A DNA stretch of 64,000 bases, from assembly GCA_002269645.1 (NCBI GenBank), contig NIVC01000762.1:124001-188000 (forward strand), read 5' to 3'. A model generated the notes under the pieces. That model was not told the DNA's origin. It saw only the letters and a program-made list of their open reading frames with translations, and made no database searches. This stretch comes from Macrostomum lignano (Eukaryota). Positions 1 through 21,025 of the stretch are shown here, piece by piece (within the stretch, counting starts at the first letter, position 1; every line of letters begins with the position of its first letter). Position numbers and translations under genes: made by a program.

Positions 1-6
1 AGCGAT

Positions 7-306
7 ATGGCTGGACCATCAGAGACCACAGATGATCCGGGGTCTACAGCCTACTACAGCTTCACTACACCGAAACCAACTCAATCTGTTGTACACCAGA
101 TACCGGCAGGCAACACCATTACTCTACCTAAATGGGTTTTTGGTTTGATGTGCACTTTACTCATAGTAGCCCTGATCGCACTAGCAGCTATGGCCATTCG
201 TCGTAACATTTTTTGTCGAAGTACGAACCAGCCGGTAGAAGAAGCTGAAGGCCAAGCGGACGAAACATCCCTACCCATTGTGCCTGAGAGCAAAAACGCC
301 AACTGA
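7..306 (+). CDS. Short ORF or terminal exon encoding a single-pass membrane protein; possibly the accessory/env-like ORF of an LTR element
   Basis: Ser/Thr-rich segment, hydrophobic stretch WVFGLMCTLLIVALIALAAMAI, basic stop-transfer RR and an acidic tail. May be truncated by the window edge. Confidence 0.45.
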   Translation: MAGPSETTDDPGSTAYYSFTTPKPTQSVVHQIPAGNTITLPKWVFGLMCTLLIVALIALAAMAIRRNIFCRSTNQPVEEAEGQADETSLPIVPESKNAN

Positions 307-380
307 ACACTACGGTTACTACATGGCCTAAGGACGTGTACCTGGTGGTTTCTCATTATAATTGCTAGGGGAATGAACAA

Positions 381-1231
381 TGTAGCGTACGTAATAGGCC
401 TCTGTTGTGTAGTGACAAAAAACTGTCATGAATGTGTTATTGTAACTTGAGTTGAGTGCACTATTCTACGCCGGGCCAGTCTGGCCGGCCTCTCCCCCCC
501 TCCTCAGATATTTTCTGACTCACCCCCCTTCACTTCTGCGCGTGCGTACCTCCCCCCTCTCTGCCTAAGCCTCGTCTGTTATTCAACCCCCATTCTTTGC
601 GTGCGACCCCGCCCCTTTATTTTGTTAGCCTAGCCGCCCCGCCCCTGTAGGTCGTGATTGGCTGCCAGTCCCAGTCTGCCGTGCTGCGCCCCGGCGATTG
701 GCTGGTACGGCTCATGTGTGTCGCATGCTGATGTCTAAGCCCCCTTTTCTGCCTTTATCCCGCGCCCTCAACCCCTAGTTTGCTACCTATTTATTCGGAC
801 CCCCGTGAGACCCCATTCCTGTCGTCTTCGTGACTCTCCGGTGACTTTGCCAGCGTTGGTTGCTATTAAGTGTCCGAATTGTCCTACAAATTCAATTAAA
901 GAATATCGATACTACCACTGCTCTGACGGCGCTGTTCCCGAGTTGTACGACCGAAATCGCGGCTGGAAGCCTTCCAATTCGCAAGTCATTTGGGTCTGCC
1001 TCTGTACTAGGCACCTAAGAGGGATTAAGTGCGTCGTACGCCGGTCCCAACCCAAGCAGCTCTGCATCGTACGCGAGTCTGTAGGCTGTCGTGCGTCGTA
1101 CGCTCGAGCAGCCTAGTCCCGACGGACACCGCGTCGTACGCGTGTCAGTGGAGGACCGCAGCCAGGGTCAGTGCGCGAACCCGGGTCTGGAAAAGGGGCA
1201 CGAAAGGACCGAGTCCTTGAGCCCCATCACA
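381..1231 (+). mobile_element. Putative LTR (TG...CA)
   Basis: A purine-rich AGGGGAATGAACAA run directly precedes TGTAG at 381, and the segment ends ...CATCACA at 1231. It contains GATTGG (CCAAT) boxes and repeated CGTCGTACG motifs. No second LTR in the window. Confidence 0.3.
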
Positions 1232-1247
1232 ACAAAACTATAGGCTT

Positions 1248-1456
1248 TAGTGGCCGATCTAGAATTTCATTTAGGGAGGGGGGCGCGGTCCAAGTTTGGG
1301 GCGCCAACACAAGTATAAGGGGCGCCAATTTTTAAGCTAGGGGCGCAAAGAATGCGTTTGGGGCGAATTAAAATCAAGATTATTAGGCACCTGTCAATTC
1401 TGTCAATTTTTTGGGGCGGCTGCCCGGCCCCGCCTCCGGCCTTAAATTTGCCGCTG
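1248..1456. mobile_element. hAT-type MITE, copy A
   Basis: Imperfect TIRs (TAGTGGCCGAT.../...AAATTTGCCGCTG) and a near-perfect 8-bp TSD (ATAGGCTT/ATTGGCTT). The body matches 2460-2592 in inverted orientation. Confidence 0.75.
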
Positions 1457-2330
1457 ATTGGCTTAGTATTATAGTACATCACATACAGTCTCGTACATGA
1501 AAAAAATCATTCTTTTTAATATATTACCTTATAGCTCGTATTTTACTACTAGTAAGAACATTAGCTAAAGGTTCAGTATAATTTAGTAAGGCTGGATATT
1601 TTTGTTGTACCCTCGTATTTAATTTTTCGATTTTGTCAGTTTTTATAGACGGTCTTTTTTGTGGTCGTTTAGTTCGACACATTTACATACATGTGCATGT
1701 ACATTATAAATATCTGCACTGGTCAATACGTCATTTGCTGCAACCAAATAAGGACATTGCTTTTATATTAAATGTATATTAAAGGGGATGTCAACTTAAG
1801 CACCGGAATGGAGACCGAAGTTCAGCTCCGGACCAAACCGACTGCAATCGATAACTTGTCGGCCCAGACGACTAGAATCGCCGAGACATCTCATCCCAGG
1901 CCCTGACCTGGGGTCCCAGGGGATAAAGAGGATAAAATGGGGATCTCATGTCAACTTAAGGCTCTGGAATGGAGCCCAAAGCAAGGCTCAGGACCAAACC
2001 GACTGGAATCGATAACCGGTCGGACCAGGTGACTAGAATCACCGAGACATCCCATCCGGGTCCCTTCCTTGGGGTCTCAGTGTATAAAGTGATCTGACGC
2101 GTGTCCCCCCTGCTAACACAACGGCATGGAATGCCGTCAACCCGCTGGATCCAAAAAGCTCGGGGTTCTCCCGAATTCACACAGAGAATCTGATAGATGT
2201 TTCGGTGGGTCCGTATCAACTAAATCAAGCGATTATTACATTCAAAAAATTCGTGTCAAAGAGGTTCTAGGTAGCTACGAAGGTAACTCCTGGAGAGACT
2301 TTGAGTCGCTCACATCTGAACTTCCGAGCC

Positions 2331-2592
2331 CAGAGGCGGATTTAGGGTGGCCCCCCCCCCAAATAGCTTAACCGAATATATTGCGCCCCCCAAAAAACCT
2401 AAATTTGCGCCCCTAAGCTTGATTTTTCGCCCCCCCCCCAAACGCCTTTTTAGCGCCCCTAAGCTTGATTTTTCGCCCCCTACGCGCATTTTTTGCGCTC
2501 CCTAGCTTAAAAATTGCCGCCCCTTACACTCGTGTTGGCGCCCCAAACTTGGACCGCCCTCCCCCCAAAATGAAACTCTGGATCCGCCACTG
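2331..2592. mobile_element. hAT-type MITE, copy B, nested in the long-TIR element
   Basis: TIRs CAGAGGCGGAT / ATCCGCCACTG and a perfect 8-bp TSD TCCGAGCC at 2323-2330 and 2593-2600. Confidence 0.9.
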
Positions 2593-3107
2593 TCCGAGCC
2601 ACCTGAAGTGTTGGAAGTTTCGACAAGAGACGCAGCTAGAAAACTGGAGCAACTGATTCGGTCGGTGGCATCTGTCTTGGATTTTTCTAGCTGTCGTTTT
2701 CTCGCGCCATAATTCGAAATCCTACCGCGGAATTTTTAAAGTGTGTGACAGCAGCGGACAATCGCTTTGGTTTTAGAGATCCAGGATTGCAACTTCTTCA
2801 TGGCTACTGCTCGTCAGCAAAAGCAGGAAGTAGGACTGCAGGCTGCGATTGTCATGTACGAGCGTAATGGCAGTGCTCAAACTCCTGGGCTGCTACGCTT
2901 TACCACCAAGATACATGTAGCTATCGAAGGTCTTGTGCCGGCCTTCGCTTTGTTGATTTCGCTCTTCCACGCAGCCTTGTTGCCAGACTTAATGCCAGAG
3001 AAAACGCTTTACCACAGCAGCGGAAGCCTACTGAGCAACAGTTTAGGGGCCAGCGAGAGGAGTTTCAGTCAGCCAGCAGCAGCTCACGATCCAAGCCTCA
3101 GTCTTCA

Positions 3108-3850
3108 AGAGTCTTTGGTCTTCAAAGCCATGGTCAGCAGTGCTACGCAACTGTTGTTGCACTGTTTCACTGCATCAGCAGCAAAGTCTAGCTCTTTCAG
3201 CCGGTCAGAGGTGGGGCAGTGAACACCGCAATGACAAACCTGATGACGTCTATGGCGACTGGATCAGCAAGCGTAGATCAACTTGTCGAAGCTATTTGAA
3301 GCCGATATCCGCAGCAGTTTGCGCCAAGTCAGCAACACTGCATGAACGAGCTGCTGCAGTGCATTCTGCCAGATTTGCAGCTGCAGCGTCATTGCCTAAG
3401 CGAATTTACACTCGTACGTGCGGTAGCGATGAGCTGCCCATAGGAGTTCTGGATAATCGTATCCTCAGCATCTCCTTGCAGGAGTTTTCAACCGCACCGT
3501 CAACTCTAGACGGTCTCTACGCTGCTTTTACGGCACCAAAGCACGTCCTATGCACCAAAACCAACTGTGCAGCTGATAGTGTGCAGGAGGTTCAGGTCTC
3601 TAACGGCAGAGTGACCCTGATGCATATAGATCGCATTGGAATCGATGGTCAAAACTGAATACGCAAGTCTGTTGGACAAGCCGAGCAGGTAACATCTCCA
3701 GATTGGGATGTCTCATATTCACAGTGTCCCATTACGGTAGTACGCCCTTAGAAGGGCACAATACATTTTTTGTCCTGAAATATATGGAGTATGGAATAAG
3801 CTGGACGACATGAGAGTTCAAAGAAACTACAATCCATTCGTTCATGAGCA
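3108..3850 (+). pseudogene. Decayed ubiquitin-specific protease (USP/peptidase C19)-like ORF
   Basis: Motifs occur in USP order across stops and frameshifts: Cys box GLQSHGQQCYATVVALFHC (3117-), Gln box YPQQFAPSQQHCMNELLQCIL, LSISL...TLDGLYAAFTAPKHVLCTKTNC...VTLMHIDRI, His box TVSHYGSTPLEGHNTFFVL, and WNKLDDMRV. Confidence 0.6.
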
Positions 3851-5104
3851 ATCTTTTATTACCTTAGTAGCCCTGCTGCAAAAATAAAGAGACCCATGGG
3901 ATCATCTGCGAGTATGTTTAAACCATACTGTTTCATTTCGTTAAATAAAGCATCCAGAGCCTTGCTTTGAGCTCCATTCTAGAGTCTTAAGTTGACAGAT
4001 CCCATTTTATCCCCTTTATCCCCTGGGACCCTAAGTCAGGGCCTGGGATGGGATGTCTCGGCGATTCTAGTCGTCTGGGCCGACAAGTTATCGATTGCAG
4101 TCGGTGTGGTCCGGAGCTGAACTTCGGGCTCCATTCTGGTGCTATATTGACATCCCCATCGTCATTTTATGCATATCAAAATGTTTAATGGCCTTTTGTA
4201 AATATATTACTAATTGGGATTTATTTCCTTTTACTAAAGCTTTTTTACCATATCAATCTAATTGTATTATGCATCTCGTAACATGTACCTAGTATAGAAA
4301 AGTTTCATTCGCACAATATCGCACTAAATCTTTAAGATCTTTACTGTCTAAAACCACAAGCGTGACACGCCGCATTTCAACAATTTAATATATTAATTCC
4401 AGTGATGGGCACCGCTATAATGGCAGAGTTATGCATTTGGCCAAAGCTTCAAAAATCGCACCCTCCCGACTAGCTTTTTCAAGCCGTAAAAATTCTTAGA
4501 AAATTAAAGGCAAAAAAATAAGCTTTTTAGTGTACACGCACAGTACAGTTGCGCATCCACTTCCAAACATACTATTTTGCACAACTTATATCGTTTATAT
4601 AGTTAATCTGCGTATTTATCCATCTATTATAACATCATCTTCTAGCTGGTAAATTGTTGGAATTAGGAAAAAATTCGTTTCTAAATTTTCATAATTGAGC
4701 TTTGGTATGCTGATGCAGGCTTCGAGTTAAATTATTACGAGTGTAAAACATGTACATAATAAATAATTGCCTCTGTTACACAGGCCATCCAAAGGTCAAA
4801 AGTGTTCCTTCTATTGAATCCCTAAGACATTGTACAGTGCACGCACGTTAAATGTATCTTTGATTACAGGCTAGTTAAAACAAATTTTATTGTTTTAATA
4901 TTTTTGAGCATAAACTAAGATATAACTAAAGAACTAAACACCAAAAACACATTCATTTGATACAGCTTAATTGTTTTAATAAAGCAATAATATATATTGC
5001 TATTGTAAATATCGGTCTTTTAACTTCGAAAGATAATGGGTGTTTCGCTACTGGTGAAGCTATAGACTATAGTTAGTTATATAACTCTATTTTACAAAAG
5101 CGCC

Positions 5105-8100
5105 ATGTCTAGCGAATTCTGGGTGGACCAAAGCGAAAAAGTCATTCCTTTTGAGTCTGTCTATGAACTAGGCAGAGAAATCGGGAGGTAAGCTGTGTTG
5201 TCATGCTCGAATTTTTTACTGTTAGAGAACAGAAAGTAAGCTCAGTATCTGTTATGTGAAATCCAGTTTTCACTTCGAGTATATAAATTTTACTAATAAT
5301 GTCCACCAAGACAGCTACTTAGGACCCTACTCATAAGTTAGAATCCAGTAAAAACCACATTTATTATGGCCTTTTTGTATCTCGTAATAAAATTGTATTT
5401 TCTTTTCAAGTTTTTGCCAGATATGAGATAAGTGCCACCCAGTAGTAATGTAATGACAAACTTATAAATATGTAAATAATTAGTCAAAGTTGAAGACTTA
5501 TATGAAGAAGTTTTAGTATTATAACATTCTATGTCTTTTTAATTATTTTTACAACCAAATTCGGGCCTCAAGAAAATATATAATGTCTAGAATATATAAA
5601 ATTGTGTAATAATATTTCCAGCAGTTAACTTGTCATATTTAGCAACTAAATAAATATCTATATGTCTTTACTAACATAATAAATTAATTGTTTTACAATA
5701 CTTTCTTGCAATAAATATTATTTTTTTAAATGAAAGTGTTAACACGAATATTGACATTAAGCAATAAATCAATAAATCAAATCAATAATTTTGAATAAAT
5801 CCGCAGGGGCGCCACGGCTGTAGTGTACGAATGCCGAAAGCACGGCTCTTCAGACATTTGGGCTGTGAAGGTTCTTCCGAAAAGGGTGAGCACGTGTGAT
5901 TTTATTCATTTTTCAGGTAGCTGTCCAAACAAACCGATGCATGCGATATCCTATCCAATAACCGATCCCTTTTTTAGACTACACGAAAGTTTGTCACGGC
6001 GGAGATCGGAGTCCTGCTTCACGTTAATCATGAGCACATTGTAAGTATATTATACAGTCATAAATTTCGCATATTATACAGTCATAAATTTCACGGTAAA
6101 TGCATTAGTATCTAATATATGTTATTAAAAAAACTTTATTTAACAGATTCGACTCAAAGAAGTTTACGAAACTCGCAAAGAGATCTACATGGTTCTCGAG
6201 ATGGTCACCGGAGGAGAACTGTTTGATAGGTTCAGTCACGGAACTTTTACTTGTTTGTTTTAATGCGTGAAATTCCTATTTAAGCGTTAAGAAAAACAAG
6301 CATTTTGTCTCCCTCTCTTCAGAATCGTTTTGCGCACTTACTACAGCGAGATGGATGCTGCCGAATGCGTCAGGCAGGTGCTGGAGGGCCTGAAGCACCT
6401 TCACGAGATGGACGTTATCCATCGCGACATCAAGGTAATTGTGTTGACATGTACTGTTCTACGTAGAAATATATTTTCTAAATTGATTTGCCGAATTTAT
6501 AAAATTTAATTCTTGATTTGGAATTTCAGCCTGAGAATCTTCTCTACGAAAACGAAAGCGACGAGGCCAAGATTAAGATTGGTACGTTCCACTGACTGAC
6601 TCTTGGATGACCATCGGATTCCCTCAGTCGTATTGTTTCTCAGTCATCTCTCCACTAGTCTTCTTTGCAATCTTCTCTGTTGTTCCCACTGTTGTCCCCT
6701 TGTGTTTTTGTTCTCTCTTTTTTAGTCAGAGACAGGGGCTGTGTGCACCCTGGCGCACTTTAAGCGACATTGTCACACAACCGGTGAGAGGGATTGCTGC
6801 CCATTCCGCCGACTCCCCTGAGCAGGCACACAAGCGCGCGGATACGTACGCAGTCATACGCACAGGCACACACTCACACAGGAGTGTACAGCGGCCCTGA
6901 CTTTATTTATCGTTCGGCATGTACATTTCACTGTGCCTTGATGGCTGCCCCTTAAGGGCGTTAATTGCACGAGCAGAGCAAAGCCGAGATTCTAATTTAG
7001 CCCCAAATTAATGTTGACTGCACTTGTAATCGAGCCTTCTGGGCCTCTGGCACATCAGCTAGAGCGCTACGCTGGTCGATAGGCTACTATTGTCGTCCGC
7101 TTGTTGTCTCCCCTGTTGCCTCTCGGCTTGCCTTCATTTCCGTTTCTTGGTAATCTCGCTTATCGCCACCAAATTTACTCAGCAAGCCAAAAAACACGAG
7201 CTCAAAGACTTTAAAAAAACTCACCAACAACCTGAACAGCCGACTTCGGCCTGAGCAAGATCTGCAGCGCCGATGTGCAGACGCAGACTGTCTGCGGCAC
7301 GCCCGGCTACTGCGCGCCAGAGCTGCTGCTTGGCCAGTCCTACGACACCGCCGTGGACATGTGGTCCGTTGGAGTTGTCACCTTCATCCTGTGAGTCTGA
7401 GTCATTTTTTCTGCTCAGTGGGCGGAACAGCAACGCGGGTTGCTTTGACTTGACACGTTTTCGGTTGATTCATGTCCATAAGGGCCAACGTACAGTACAT
7501 GCACTGCCTGACAGTGAGAAATTGAGAGCCCTCAGTTCGTGTTTAAAGGTTACTGGTCAATGACGCTTGAATGTCATCTACTGGGGCAAAATGGATCCCT
7601 CTTGAGCACCAGACTTCAGGCGAGGGTATAACTATAAATCGATGGGTTACCCGATCCAGTGAATACGGTGGATGATCCTCAGTGGCAATCTGCTTCTCTG
7701 ACACATGTACTTATAATTTGGAGTGCAAACAACGATCAACGTGACCTTGACCCTTGAGTTTGACATGCTGACACGACGTCATTTTGTTTCAGGGGTCAAA
7801 ATGAAAGAACCATATGTAAGATGATCCGTTCTAAGAACTCGTGATCATTCCCTCGTCTGAAGGCAGTGCTCAAGGGGATTCATTTTTGTCTCGATGGTTG
7901 ACATTTAGGTGTCAGTGACCAAAACGCTCAGAGGGCATTGATATATTCCTGCACGGTCACGAGTGCGGGAATGACATCTGCACGAGTGCGCGCTAGCGCA
8001 CGAGTGCACGATGTCCTTCACGCACGAGTGAACGTGAAGGAATTCCATTGTCGGATGATTCATCGTGCAGGAATGCACAAAACCGTGCAGGAATGCATTT

Positions 8101-9110
8101 CTGCGCCTAATGCTTTTTCAGTGAGATTTTACCATAGACATCCATTCCTGCACGCAAAAGAGTGCAAGAATCCCATTCTTGCATGGAAAATCAGCCGACA
8201 ATGAAAAGGACACGTTTATTCAGTGCTTCCTAGCGTGACAGACGCAAATTAAGCGTGTCGATTATGCGTAGCTGCTATGTTAGTGGCATATACAGATAAT
8301 TATTGTCCTTTTTCTTCGCACAACCAGGCTCTGTGGCTACGAGCCATTTTACTCTGACGACGAGCGCCAGATGTACCGGGCGATCCTTCGCGCCGACTTC
8401 GACTTCGATCCGCAGTGGTGGTCGGACATCTCCAAGAATGCCAAGGATTTTGTCTGCCGCCTGCTGACTATCGATCCGCTCAAACGCCTCACGGCCGCTC
8501 AGGCCCTCCGTCATCCCTGGGTGGTCGGCCTGGCTACGAAGGAGGAGCATCTGGAGCCGGCGCAGAACGCCCTGAAAGAGTTCAACGCCAAGCGAAAGCT
8601 GAGGGTAAAAGGGATTTCTGATTTCTACGGTAGCTAAATCCCATCGAGGGTAATGTAATTTCGAATCCACCCTTTGTGTCGGTTACTCCTAATTCCAGGG
8701 TCGCGTGCTGTTTGGCTGAGGGACTTAACTGACAGCCCAGCCCCCCCCCTCATTCCCAGGTCGTGTGCTGATTGGCTGAGAGACTTTTCTGTCAGTCCAA
8801 CCCCCCATTCCTGGGTCGCGTGCTGATTGGCTGAGAGACTTTGCAGCCACATTAGTTATTTTAAACTATGATTTTCTAAGCAATTAATTGCTACACATCA
8901 ACTTACATGCAACGATGCACCCGCCCGTGCCAGGTCGCGGCCGAAGCTCTCCTTGCCAGTCGCCATTTCATCCTGGCCGGCATGCGTGCCGCCGCCGCTG
9001 TCGCCACCGCCGGAAACGGCGCCGAGCGCACGGGGACTGGCGCCGATTTCGAGGACCAACAAATGGATGTGCAGTGTGGGTGCCCAGATGAAATTGTCGA
9101 TGTTTATTAA
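5105..9110 (+). CDS. CAMK4: Ca2+/calmodulin-dependent protein kinase, CaMKIV-like (9 exons)
   Basis: GT-AG exons 5105-5187, 5807-5885, 5978-6040, 6147-6229, 6323-6434, 6530-6581, 7240-7390, 8328-8604 and 8934-9110 join in frame. Motifs: [71 protein letters not shown], and the CaM-binding EFNAKRKLR. Confidence 0.92.
6731..7088 (-). mobile_element. tRNA-derived SINE family 1, copy 1 (CaMK intron 6)
   Basis: High similarity to 44107-44378 and 50314-50673. The minus-strand head has A/B-box-like motifs, clearest in copy 3. Confidence 0.75.
7527..7939. mobile_element. MITE-like element with long imperfect inverted repeats
   Basis: TGACGCTTGAATGTCA...TTGAGCACCAGACTTCAGGCGAGGG (7561-7627) pairs with CCCTCGTCTGAAGGCAGTGCTCAAG...TGACATTTAGGTGTCA (7850-7915). 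Confidence 0.65.
7945..8180. repeat. Short repeat built from TTCCTGCACG / CACGAGTG motifs, probably a non-autonomous DNA element
   Basis: Several direct and inverted copies of CACGAGTG and GTGCAGGAAT. Confidence 0.4.
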
Positions 9111-9589
9111 TTCGCCAAGAATCTTTTTATTCTTGTTTATTTTTAATTTTCTGAACTTTTTTCTTCCAAGAAACATTTCCTTTTTACTTGCCTAAAAGAC
9201 TGGCTAAATAATTCTATTGATACGTTGAACTGTCTACTAACAGTAACTGCGCCGTCTAAAGTAAAGTAATAAAAATTTATTTTGCGAAACAAACAGCTAT
9301 ATTTTACAAGTAGCTTTCTTCCTAACTTATTTTTTCCTGTCTTCCAGAGAACTTTTCTTCAGCTGTCCTCTCACTCTAAAGTAGTTTTATTATTACTTGC
9401 TATTTTTTGTTCTTAAGAGCAACAAATATATACCTTATTGAAATACAAATAGATTTCATATTTATGCACTACTAAATACTACTTATCTGAGTAATGAATT
9501 TAATTGCCTTACTCTATTTTTTCCCTAGCCTGTCAATTTGTTGTCTTATTTCTGAAGTTGGTCTAAGCTGCTTGTGATCAACATTTATG

Positions 9590-9960
9590 ACGATTAGTGA
9601 CCTGTCTTTGACCCAAGCTCTGTCAATGGCCAAAATTGTGTCTATGAACCCAAATCTGTCTATGACCCAAACTCTGTCAATGACCCAAGCTCTGTCAATG
9701 GCCAAAATTGTGTATGAACAAAACCTGTCTATGACCCAAACTCTGTCAATGACCAAAATGGTGTCTATGAACCCAAACCTGTCGATGACCCAAACCTGTC
9801 TATGACCCAAACTCTGTCAATGACCCAAACTGTCTGATGACCTAAAACCTGTTCATGACCCGAAGTCTTTTTATGACCGAGAACCTGTTTATGACCCAAA
9901 CTCTATCTTTGGCCCTAAATTGTCTACGACGCAAGCTCTGATCCAAACTGTTCATATTGA
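9590..9960. repeat. Degenerate minisatellite (ATGACCCAAA... motif)
   Basis: Recurring ATGACCCAAACTCTGTCA variants. Confidence 0.8.
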
Positions 9961-10711
9961 CCAAAACTGATTACAGTCATGATCAAAACTCTATGACCAA
10001 TACCAGGGGCAGCAACCATAGAGGCTTCCCTGCCGATACACATCTGACTCCAAACTATCTACGATTCAAATTTGAAAATTTCACAGTCAAATTTCACGAT
10101 TCTGGACAAAAAGCACAATTTTTAAACCCTATTGTTATCTAACCCGATTCCAATTTCAGAAAACTATGCTGCCTTCTCGGGTCTATTCGGTTAGAGCAGT
10201 AAAACAAACAGTGCGTGAATCGAAATCTGAAATTTTTTTTCAATAAATTTCATAGAAATTTCCAATCGAATTTAAAGCTACTGTAGTAGCTTGTAATAAA
10301 AGGCAAATATTAAAAATGAATATATTTTTATGAGTATTGTATTAACTACTGATTTAAATAAAAGTAGTTTTTTTATTTTGTTTATTTGCATTGACCTACC
10401 GAAAGAGCTATTTACAATTTTAGTAACAATTAAATACGGATGTTTGATTCAATGACAAATAAATTTCAGGTATTAGCAATAAATTCAGTGCGGCTTTTGC
10501 TTCTCCAGTGGCTTTTTTGTGAGTTGTGATCGACTCGCTAACAGTATTCTTAGTAGGCATGCGATTTCTAAATTTTTACTTCAAAACAAAGCTACAGCTA
10601 CACCAGCTACAGCTACAGCTACAAAGTTTAAACATGCTTGTACGAGCGTATGTATGCAAAGTCTATGATGATTTCATTGGGTAGTGAAAGTATATGTACC
10701 TGCATGCTACT

Positions 10712-10751
<40 letters not shown>

Positions 10752-10774
10752 GGCAGACAGGCAGACAGACAGAC

Positions 10775-10819
<45 letters not shown>

Positions 10820-10820
10820 C

Positions 10821-10913
<93 letters not shown>

Positions 10914-10914
10914 A

Positions 10915-11005
<91 letters not shown>
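10712..11005. repeat. (GACA)n microsatellite
   Basis: Visible directly. Similar tracts at 14050-14265 (TCTG/TCTA) and 33670-33840. Confidence 0.98.
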
Positions 11006-11009
<4 letters not shown>

Positions 11010-11154
11010 GCAGGCGGAAGACAAGAACACCTTTTCAAAGGATAAATTGCATGGTAAAAGCGGATAGAAAAGGTGCAGACAGGACAGATCTCTAGGATTG
11101 GACACATCTTTAAACCTGCTCCATCCCTCAATTTCATGTCATTCTCTCAGGCTT

Positions 11155-19850
<8,696 letters not shown>

Positions 19851-20029
19851 CTGTAAGGGAAGGGTGGTCAGTTGACCCCAGCTCTCACTATTGGTCAGCT
19901 GGACTGGCTGGCCAACCAATGAGCGAATGGCTTGTTGAGTTGCTGTGCAATATCGATTGACAAAATTCTCTCTTTGTTCAGTCTTGGCGCTGTTCTCTGA
20001 ATGCTTCTGTGTCTTCTGGCCTGTCTACT

Positions 20030-21025
20030 TCTCTATCTCCCTCTCTATCTCCCTCTCTATCTCCCTCTCTATCTCCCTCTCTATCTCCCTCTCTATCTCC
20101 CTCTCGATCTCCCTCTCTATCTCCCTCTCTATCTCCCTCTCGATCTCCCTCTCTATCTCATTCTCTCGATCTCCCTCTCGATCTCCCTCTCGATCTCCCT
20201 CTCGATCTCCCTCTCGATCTCCCTCTCTATCTTCCTCTCTATCTTCCTCTCTATCTTCCTCTCTATCTCCCTCTCTATCTCCCTCTCTATCTCCTCCCTC
20301 TCGATCTCCCTCTCTATCTCCCTCTCTATCTTCCTCTCTATCTCCCTCTCTATCTCCCTCTCTATCTCCCATCTCCCTCTCTATCTCCCTCTCTATCTTC
20401 CTCTCTATCTCCCTCTCTATCTCCCTCTCTATCTCCTCCCTCTCGATCTCCCTCTCTATCTCCCTCTCTATCTCCCTCTCCATCTCCCTCTCCATCTCCC
20501 TCTCTATCTCCCTCTCTATCTCCCTCTCTATCTCCCTCTCTATCTCCCTCTCTATCTCCTCCCTCTCGATCTCCCTCTCTATCTCCCTCTCTATCTCCCT
20601 CTCGATCTCCCTCTCTATCTCCCTCTCTATCTCCCTCTCTATCTCCCTCTCTATCTCCCTCTCCATCTCCCTCTCCATCTCCCTCTCCATCTCCCTCTCT
20701 ATCTCCCTCTCTATCTCCCTCTCTATCTCCCTCACTATCTCCCTCTCTATCTCCCTCTCTATCTCCCTCTCTATCTCCCTCTCCCTCTCGATCTCCCTCT
20801 CTATCTCCCTCTCTATCTCCCTCTCTATCTCCCTCTCTATCTCCCTCTCTATCTCCCTCTCTATCTCCCTCTCTATCTCCCTCTCTATCTCCCTCTCTAT
20901 CTCCCTCTCTATCTCCCTCTCTATCTCCCTCTCTATCTCCCTCTCTATCTCCCTCCCTATCTCCCTCTCTATCTCCCTCTCTATCTCCCTCTCTATCTCC
21001 CATCTCCCTCTCTATCTCCCTCTCT
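20030..21025. repeat. 12-bp minisatellite CTCTCTATCTCC
   Basis: About 1 kb tandem array. GA-rich tracts also at 14638-14806 and 21920-22215. Confidence 0.98.

Larger units (their letters stand above)
1784..4157. mobile_element. DNA transposon relic with about 210-bp TIRs containing internal tandem subrepeats
   Basis: 1784-1995 (GGGGATGTCAACTTAAGCACCGGAATGGAG...) is the reverse complement of 3951-4157 (...CTCCATTCTGGTGCTATATTGACATCCCC). The left TIR holds a duplicated about 160-bp unit. No clear TSD. Confidence 0.8.
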
